Origin: a virus
Lineage: Duplodnaviria > Caudoviricetes
Strand: one strand, 5' to 3'
Virus record (IMG/VR): IMGVR_UViG_3300009183_000095
Coordinates: 666-64,665 of that record
Length of the DNA stretch: 64,000 nucleotides
Part shown: positions 57,190 to 64,000 of the stretch, piece after piece
How the letters are laid out: every line of letters starts with the position of its first letter
Numbering within the stretch: the stretch's first letter is position 1
The notes under the pieces: generated by a model
Database searches by the model: none
What the model saw: only the letters and a program-made list of their open reading frames with translations
Told to the model about the DNA's origin: nothing
Position numbers and translations under genes: made by a program

Positions 57190-60100
57190 TTATGCCTGAC
57201 TCTCTGTCCAAGAAATACGACCGGTAATTTGAAACGGATTAGTTGCCGTAACCGTTGAAGGATCTTCTACCAGTCTTGCCGTTATTGTTAGTACATCCGG
57301 ACCATCCGGATAAGCGTTATCTCCACCCAATATAGCGTTTCCTAATGTTGCTACTTCGCCTAATGTCAATGATGTTGCAGTCTGTGTACGAGCTGTGTTA
57401 CCTGAGGAGCCTTGTGCACGGAAAGAATAAACCTTAACACCGCTAGTTGATGAATTCAAAGAATCATGGTAAATAACTTGTGATAAACTAGGAGGATTTA
57501 CTCGAACCCAGTTACTACTATCGATACGTGAATTTAATACCAAAGAAACCTCAACGGAATGCGTAGTTAAAATACTGACACTAGAAAGTATAAGCTGCAT
57601 TCTATTTATAATTTCGCGCTCACCTAAGCTTCCAATAGTGCCAGAATCTACAGATGGCGATAATCTAATAGAAATTAAAGGTATGTCATAAACTAATGAA
57701 TCTTGACCGGCAGTAATTGTATATGTAGAAGCTTGTCCTGCCGATGCTGCTGCGGTAGGTGCAGAATCTATCATCATTAATGTTCTATAGCCAATCGAGG
57801 TACCGTTAGCATACTTAATAGGGTAGCTTGGTTGATATGGCTGATATGGAATAATCTTATTAGAAGTTGGTAGTGTAGTTTTTGTTCCGGCTGGAATATT
57901 ATTACCAGAAATAGGCAACCCTGTAGCTACTGATGAAAGAGTAGCAGCAGGTGTAATTACTGTTACTGCATAACCCACAGACAATAAACCGTTATTTGAG
58001 ACGTATGGCTGAGAAGTACCTTCAATATAACCGGAGAACGTAATTTGTGAATTTCCAGTAAACGTTAATTGATTACCTGAAGCAGTAAATAAGTAAGCTT
58101 TATCATCATCGTATCTACCATCCATAATAACCGATGTGCCCCAGTGAGCTAGAGCTGGTACGTAAGAAGGAGAACCAGAACTAGATACTTCGTATCTACA
58201 AGGTAAGTTACCCGATCTTAGATAAGCTTCTGTTTTCTGGTTATTGTGAATGAATTCGTGAACATACTGAACACGACCCTCTGTATCTTTAAATCCAAAT
58301 CTAACCTTACCGGCACCATACCAAGAATAATCAATGTACGCCATTTGAATTTTGTGTATATCTAGAGTATATCCGGTAGGACCGGTTCCATCACACTCAT
58401 CTATAGTCCAACTAGACTGCGCAGTACGGGTTGTTTCTGTAAGGGTAACTATTATGTTAGAGGCGCTAGTACCTCTATAAAAAGGTGAAATATTAAAAGA
58501 AGTATCGCTGTTTACTTGTAGTACCTTATAGCTCTGACCTTTAATAACAACATAATCACCTGCACTTATTTGAGATGAATAAAGTGTACCAGAACCAGTA
58601 ACTAACCCGCTTTTAAAGCTTACCGTAGCTGTACCGCTTAATTGACTTGTACTAGATCTTCTACATGCATATAAACTGTTTCCATCATACTCCCAAAATA
58701 ATCCGTTTTGATCATCAAATAATCCTAACCTTAAAGCACAATTATTCCAGGAATTAACGTAGTACTGTACCTTACCTCCAGCGGTTGTTCCTGATGGACC
58801 TCCAGATTGATTAACAGTAATAGAGAATGTATATGGATCAACAACTGTAATGTAGTAGCTTTGATTCCATCCTGAGTCAGTGGCTCCAGAAATGGTTACT
58901 TGAGAGCCGGTAGCTAATCTATGTGGATTACGAGTATATACGGTTCCAGTTGCCGACCCTCCACTGTATGATGTTCTTGTTAAACTATCAATTACAGTTG
59001 AAGGTGAGAAGTTAATGGCTAGTGATACTTGAATGCCTTTACCTGATTGGTAACGGAAATATTTTCTAGTTTGTCTAATCATCGTACTAGACGGATTAGT
59101 ACTTGGAATTAGTTCTACCCCTCCATCATATGGTCTATGTAAAGCAAACCCATCAGACCTTAAGTATAATTGAGTTTTAATACTGTAAGCTAGGCCAGTT
59201 CCGTTAGCGGGAGCTGAATCATTTACTGACATACTAGTCTTAGAAAACACAGCGTTAACAGTGGTAGAAAATGTATTACCTAATGTAAAGAAAGCATTAG
59301 CAGTAATAGAAATACCAGCACCTCCTGTTGCAGGTACTACAATACCGTTTATATCTGAATTGATTGCATCAAAGTAAGTATTGTAAATTCTAAATTGGTT
59401 GGTTGGTGTAACTGTATTAGAAACGTTTACATAATAGAATGTATTGGTTTGTATTGAAACACCAGTATTAGTATTAAACTTAATAGCTGTACCATCAATA
59501 GACATATTGTGGGCGGCATTGACGATAAACGTACCGTTGGTGGTATTAGCATCTGTACAAGTTAGAAGAGCTGTATTACCGGGGTAATAAATTTTAAGTG
59601 AACTGCCTTTCTTATAATAAGCAGTAAAGTTAGTACCATTACCTGTGATTGTTTTTGTATTAGCGGTTACGTTAACGTTACCATATCCTAATGGTTCCCC
59701 AATCATAGAATTAGTAGATAGAGTGTGAACCCCGGACCCGGTAGTAGATAAGTTTACTAAATTTTGGGATAATAATGCATCTGTTTTTGTATATGACAAA
59801 TACACCCAATCATTAGTTAACTTAATAACGTAATAATTTGTATTGTTTGCAAGTCCTCCGCCAATAGCTGACCCAGTAGTTGAGTAAGTAACTTGAGTAC
59901 CAGTTCTCATTCTGTGATCTGGGATAAAGATGGCAGAATTTGTTAGGTTAACCGCGGAGTTTCCAGAAAAGTTTTTAATTCTATTAAATACAGCTTTACC
60001 CGCATACATTGTAAAAGATGTAGAGTTTGACGTTGCATTAATTGTATATACACCGTCACTAGAGCCAACATTCTCATTGGTAATAAGTTGTGTACCTTGG

Positions 60101-62184
60101 GATGCAGTGGTTAAATCAAACATTTCAGCTTGAAGAAATACTCCATTACCAGATAGAGGATATCCAATAGGTACAACATCGGCAGTATTAGAAGATGTAG
60201 CACCAGCTGATGACCAGAAAAGTGTAAATGTGTTAGTAGTATCGGCTTTTACGAAATAATGTTGACCGGATTTTAATCCCCCAATAGGGACAGATGCAGT
60301 ATACTTAATACCTTTACCTGTAGAATATCCGTGTAGGTTAGCTAGGAAGACGTTTGCAGTTGCACCTAGTGTTACAAAGGTAGTATTCTGAACAACGGTT
60401 AAGTTAGCTGTTGAGTAGCCGTTAGATGTATTGGCAAGTTTAAAGCGATCAGTAGTACTAGCAAATACATAATATGTAAAACCATTACTTAATCCCCCAA
60501 TTGCTGTATTACCTTCTGTAGTGTATATAACGGCAGTACCATCGGTCATACCATGATTGGCATAATAAATGGATTCGTTATTTGCTTCTGCACGCTTAGA
60601 AGAAAACAACAAATTAGCAGTTCCTACATCTTGTATTTCTACCTCGTTGCCTGAAGCTACTGAAAGAAGTTTAAATCTATCATTGTCATATTTACGAACA
60701 ACGTAATTAGAATATAGAGCAAGAGTTTGAGGTACAGTATTGGTACCGGTACCTAGTGTTAGAGTGACAATGTCATTATCTGTAAATCCATGATTAGCAT
60801 ATCTAATAGTATTCTTTGACGCTATAGTACTGACAGGCATTAAGAAGCCACCTTGCACATTATTAGCTGCAAGGTTAGTAATAGATCCGCCAGTAGATGT
60901 ACCATAGTTAAATTCGTACGCACTGAATTGTTGTTTAGAATAATAAATTTTATAATCTGCAGCTGCTCTATTATTAATAGAGCGTGAATAACTAGAAACA
61001 TTTCCAGAACCTGCAGTATGTCCCACAAACACTACGGGGTTATTTTGAAGTGCAGACCATCCCAGATTGGCTCCTATGGTAACTGAATCTCTACCGGTAG
61101 ATGTATTTGCTGCTGTAAGAGGATATACTCTAAAAAATGCATGGGGCTGACCAATAACATTAACATCTGACTCACCAAGAGCAAAATTAATAGTGTTGCC
61201 GTATGCCCCAGCACTATCAGGCCCGATTAAAACTAATGTGATTGCAGATCCATTATTAGTACTGCCGTTTATATAATATACTTGATGATCAATTACAGTA
61301 GTGTCGATATTATTTGATGTAGCACCTTTAGCATATAGCCAGTACTCCCCTACATTAGGTACAGTTCCATTAAAATCATTTAAGATTAATGAAGAATTTA
61401 TTTTAGAATATGTTCCAAATGTAAAAGTATTTGTAGCTTTATAATCTGTGGGTTGAATGGCAGTCCATTCATAGTCAGTATTACCAGAACCGGATTTGGT
61501 ATTTGCTACTACATTATAAGCAATAGTTGCGTAACCGTTTACAGTAACTTCTGTATTAGCATTAAAGAAAAATTTAGTTGTACCAATGCTATTAAGCATG
61601 TACAATGATGTTTGAGCTATAAGACCGGAAGGGTAAGTAGTTTCAACTAAGAATTGAGAATTAGCACTTTGCTCAGTAGTAATATTAACTAAATCGTCAA
61701 TATCAAATAGTGAGCCTTGATATACAGAACCTGGATAGATTTCTGTATATGTGTCTTTTACTGAACCTGTAATATTAAGAGCATTTTTAGCTCTGTATGT
61801 AAATATAGTTGCACTAGGAACTGTATCAACTATAAAAGTTCCGTCACAGGTAATTTTTGTAGTACCAATAACAATGATTGGTGAGCCTGGGTTTAAGTTA
61901 TGGGGTAGACCTGTAGTAACGGTTACTTTATTACTTCCATTTGTTACTTGAATATCACCAAATGTAAGAGTATCGTCACCTTGACGAGCAAAAAAAGTAG
62001 GAATGTTATTTACTAGTTCTAGGGTTTCCCATCTAGTGGCTTGAAGACCATATTCAAAGTCAGTATCAATTAGCGCCTCGGGCTGACTAACTCTGAGCTT
62101 GGAAACGGGATCATACAAAGCCTCAACTGGCTTGAATGTTACATCTCCGCTTATTCCTGATGCATCTATTGAATCTAACGACAT
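57190..62184 (-). CDS. large virion structural / fibre-associated protein with repeated beta modules
   Basis: 1664 aa; about seven H-[GNR]-x3-[GD]-x2-[VI] modules; N-terminal KLRVSQPEALIDTDFEYG. Confidence 0.75.
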   Translation of the reverse strand: MSLDSIDASGISGDVTFKPVEALYDPVSKLRVSQPEALIDTDFEYGLQATRWETLELVNNIPTFFARQGDDTLTFGDIQVTNGSNKVTVTTGLPHNLNPGSPIIVIGTTKITCDGTFIVDTVPSATIFTYRAKNALNITGSVKDTYTEIYPGSVYQGSLFDIDDLVNITTEQSANSQFLVETTYPSGLIAQTSLYMLNSIGTTKFFFNANTEVTVNGYATIAYNVVANTKSGSGNTDYEWTAIQPTDYKATNTFTFGTYSKINSSLILNDFNGTVPNVGEYWLYAKGATSNNIDTTVIDHQVYYINGSTNNGSAITLVLIGPDSAGAYGNTINFALGESDVNVIGQPHAFFRVYPLTAANTSTGRDSVTIGANLGWSALQNNPVVFVGHTAGSGNVSSYSRSINNRAAADYKIYYSKQQFSAYEFNYGTSTGGSITNLAANNVQGGFLMPVSTIASKNTIRYANHGFTDNDIVTLTLGTGTNTVPQTLALYSNYVVRKYDNDRFKLLSVASGNEVEIQDVGTANLLFSSKRAEANNESIYYANHGMTDGTAVIYTTEGNTAIGGLSNGFTYYVFASTTDRFKLANTSNGYSTANLTVVQNTTFVTLGATANVFLANLHGYSTGKGIKYTASVPIGGLKSGQHYFVKADTTNTFTLFWSSAGATSSNTADVVPIGYPLSGNGVFLQAEMFDLTTASQGTQLITNENVGSSDGVYTINATSNSTSFTMYAGKAVFNRIKNFSGNSAVNLTNSAIFIPDHRMRTGTQVTYSTTGSAIGGGLANNTNYYVIKLTNDWVYLSYTKTDALLSQNLVNLSTTGSGVHTLSTNSMIGEPLGYGNVNVTANTKTITGNGTNFTAYYKKGSSLKIYYPGNTALLTCTDANTTNGTFIVNAAHNMSIDGTAIKFNTNTGVSIQTNTFYYVNVSNTVTPTNQFRIYNTYFDAINSDINGIVVPATGGAGISITANAFFTLGNTFSTTVNAVFSKTSMSVNDSAPANGTGLAYSIKTQLYLRSDGFALHRPYDGGVELIPSTNPSSTMIRQTRKYFRYQSGKGIQVSLAINFSPSTVIDSLTRTSYSGGSATGTVYTRNPHRLATGSQVTISGATDSGWNQSYYITVVDPYTFSITVNQSGGPSGTTAGGKVQYYVNSWNNCALRLGLFDDQNGLFWEYDGNSLYACRRSSTSQLSGTATVSFKSGLVTGSGTLYSSQISAGDYVVIKGQSYKVLQVNSDTSFNISPFYRGTSASNIIVTLTETTRTAQSSWTIDECDGTGPTGYTLDIHKIQMAYIDYSWYGAGKVRFGFKDTEGRVQYVHEFIHNNQKTEAYLRSGNLPCRYEVSSSGSPSYVPALAHWGTSVIMDGRYDDDKAYLFTASGNQLTFTGNSQITFSGYIEGTSQPYVSNNGLLSVGYAVTVITPAATLSSVATGLPISGNNIPAGTKTTLPTSNKIIPYQPYQPSYPIKYANGTSIGYRTLMMIDSAPTAAASAGQASTYTITAGQDSLVYDIPLISIRLSPSVDSGTIGSLGEREIINRMQLILSSVSILTTHSVEVSLVLNSRIDSSNWVRVNPPSLSQVIYHDSLNSSTSGVKVYSFRAQGSSGNTARTQTATSLTLGEVATLGNAILGGDNAYPDGPDVLTITARLVEDPSTVTATNPFQITGRISWTESQA

Positions 62185-62185
62185 T

Positions 62186-64000
62186 TTAGCTCCGTACGTA
62201 CATTAAGTATCTAGCTACTATTTTTAACCCTGTTTTTGGTTTGCCATTTAAAGACAATGTAGTACCTGATGCTGTATATGCATTGGTTGCTCCCGGGGTT
62301 TGAAGCACCCCACCAATTGTAAGAGATAATTGATTTTCGCTGGTTACGCTATGTGAAAGTGTAAAGGTATTTGAAGTACCATTACCTGTAAATATATCCG
62401 GTGAATATTTAGGTATGAGTGTATCTAATCCAGAAAGCTCACCCGAGGAACCTTTTTCACCTTTTGTTCCTAGGGTAGTGATTAACTTCCAATCACTTAC
62501 ATTATATAAGAATTGAAGCGAAACACCTTCTATGTCTACTACTGTATTTGATGTACTACCACCAATTGTACTGCCATTGCCATAAACGTTTAATCCAATA
62601 ACCTTGCCTGCAATATAGACAGCATCACCAGTACTTGGTCCTGATGGTAACGAGATAGTAAACGCACCACCAGTTGTATCGGCTAGAATTCTATCTTGAC
62701 TGACAGCTGTATAATTAGACGTACGTCTTACCCAGAATGGATAACTATCACCCTTTTGTCCAAGGGCTGCAAATAAATTCCAATCACCATTCAAATAAGT
62801 TAGCGTGATGCTTATAGTACTATAATTAACTACAACATCATTAGATGATCCTGATATAGTATGACCATTACCAGCAATTATTAAACCTTGGGTTTGCCCT
62901 TCTATGTAAACAGAATTACCATCGGTAGGACTAGCGGGTAGTGTAACTGTGAATGCTCCGCCAGTAGTATTTACAAGAACTCTATCTTCTAGATTAGCAG
63001 TATAATTAGCCGTCTTAGTAATCCAAAGAGGAATGTTATCCCCCTTATCGCCCTTAACACCTAATGTAGTGTATAGCTTCCAGTCCCCACTTAAATATGT
63101 AAATGTAAGAGCGACACCAGAAGTATCGATAACAACATCATTAGTTGTACCGTTAATAGTCTTACCGTTTCTTGCAACAGTACAACCATACGAACTACCG
63201 GAAATATAAACCGAATCGCCGTTTGTAGGTGATGTTGGTAAGGTAATCGTAAATACACCACCAGAACTATCAATTAAAATTCTATCTTCTGATTGCGCGC
63301 TGTAGTTGGATGTTTTTACCATCCACAGAGGAATATTATCCCCTTTTTGTCCTTTGGTGCCCAACGAAGTAGTTAATACCCAGTTACTATTATAGTATAC
63401 TAGATCAACCGTAAGGTCATTTACATCACAATATACGTCACTAGAACTGCCGTTGATAGTATGCCCATTACCGGCTAGAGTTAGTCCGCTGGTCTTACCA
63501 GTTAGCTTAACTACATCACCTGGCCCAGGAGTCAATGGAAGGGTAATTGTAAATGCACCACCTGACGCATCTACATATAATTTGTCTCCATCGGAAGCAG
63601 TGTATGTGGTGGTTTTGACAACATAAGGTATATTACTTTCGCCCTGTTCACCCTTGGCACCTGATGGACCTAAATTAGTTGTAAGCTCCCAAGATGTACT
63701 TACATACGCAAATGTAAGTGAGACATTATTTGCATTAACAACAATGTCATCAGTACCACCTTCAATTGGGTTACCATTACGAGCAATAGTAACGCCTCCA
63801 ACATTGCCCAATACCTCTACAACATCACCATTAGCTGGGGTTGGAGGTAAGGTAACGGTAATTGAATTATTTGATACTATTAAGCGTTGATTAGATGCTG
63901 CAGTATAATTATTTGAAACATATACAGTGGTAGTTTCTGATTGACCTTTTTGGCCCTTGTCGCCTGTTGCGCCTGTATTACCAGTAGCGCCTGTATTACC
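62186..64000 (-). CDS. tail fibre protein with gp34-like repeats and collagen linkers (5' truncated by the window)
   Basis: Frame is open to base 64000; five roughly 100-aa repeats (D..GG.FTITLP..P..GD.V) separated by G-x-K-G triplets. Confidence 0.8.
   Translation of the reverse strand, partial: GNTGATGNTGATGDKGQKGQSETTTVYVSNNYTAASNQRLIVSNNSITVTLPPTPANGDVVEVLGNVGGVTIARNGNPIEGGTDDIVVNANNVSLTFAYVSTSWELTTNLGPSGAKGEQGESNIPYVVKTTTYTASDGDKLYVDASGGAFTITLPLTPGPGDVVKLTGKTSGLTLAGNGHTINGSSSDVYCDVNDLTVDLVYYNSNWVLTTSLGTKGQKGDNIPLWMVKTSNYSAQSEDRILIDSSGGVFTITLPTSPTNGDSVYISGSSYGCTVARNGKTINGTTNDVVIDTSGVALTFTYLSGDWKLYTTLGVKGDKGDNIPLWITKTANYTANLEDRVLVNTTGGAFTVTLPASPTDGNSVYIEGQTQGLIIAGNGHTISGSSNDVVVNYSTISITLTYLNGDWNLFAALGQKGDSYPFWVRRTSNYTAVSQDRILADTTGGAFTISLPSGPSTGDAVYIAGKVIGLNVYGNGSTIGGSTSNTVVDIEGVSLQFLYNVSDWKLITTLGTKGEKGSSGELSGLDTLIPKYSPDIFTGNGTSNTFTLSHSVTSENQLSLTIGGVLQTPGATNAYTASGTTLSLNGKPKTGLKIVARYLMYVRS

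Noticed and set aside
1-64000. tRNA genes, alternative genetic code, or a Pho box for the PlcP-like operon
   Set aside because: No cloverleaf or T-arm motif was seen in the intergenic gaps; core genes are intact under the standard code; no CTGTCAT-type tandem repeat was seen upstream of the operon. These were visual checks only.

Overview
This window is a 64-kb segment of a large T4-like myovirus genome, with almost all genes on the minus strand. In transcription order (right to left) it holds: tail-fibre and virion proteins with collagen and repeat modules (52-64 kb); the T4 neck, terminase, tail and head block (gp13-gp23, gp3); recombination and late-transcription genes (uvsY, uvsW, gp55, gp47, gp46); peptide deformylase; and a large 7-deazaguanine DNA-modification locus (about 21.9-31.3 kb). 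That locus encodes QueE, a PRTase, QueD, FolE, a divergent TGT/DpdA-like protein, a formyltransferase, an NMP-kinase-like ATPase, QueF, a pyrophosphatase-like protein, QueC, a HAD nucleotidase, a glutamine amidotransferase and a Dcd/Dut-like protein. Next come the replication block (gp45, gp44, gp62, regA, hsp20, gp43, uvsX, gp41), an apparently late-expressed membrane/secreted operon (2.3-8.6 kb) with a PlcP/LpxH2-like phosphoesterase next to a GT2, and an early region under sigma70-type promoters. The metabolic genes resemble proteobacterial ones, possibly betaproteobacterial (inference). No tRNA, rRNA, CRISPR array, intron or intein was recognised. All calls come from reading motifs by eye; no database searches were run.
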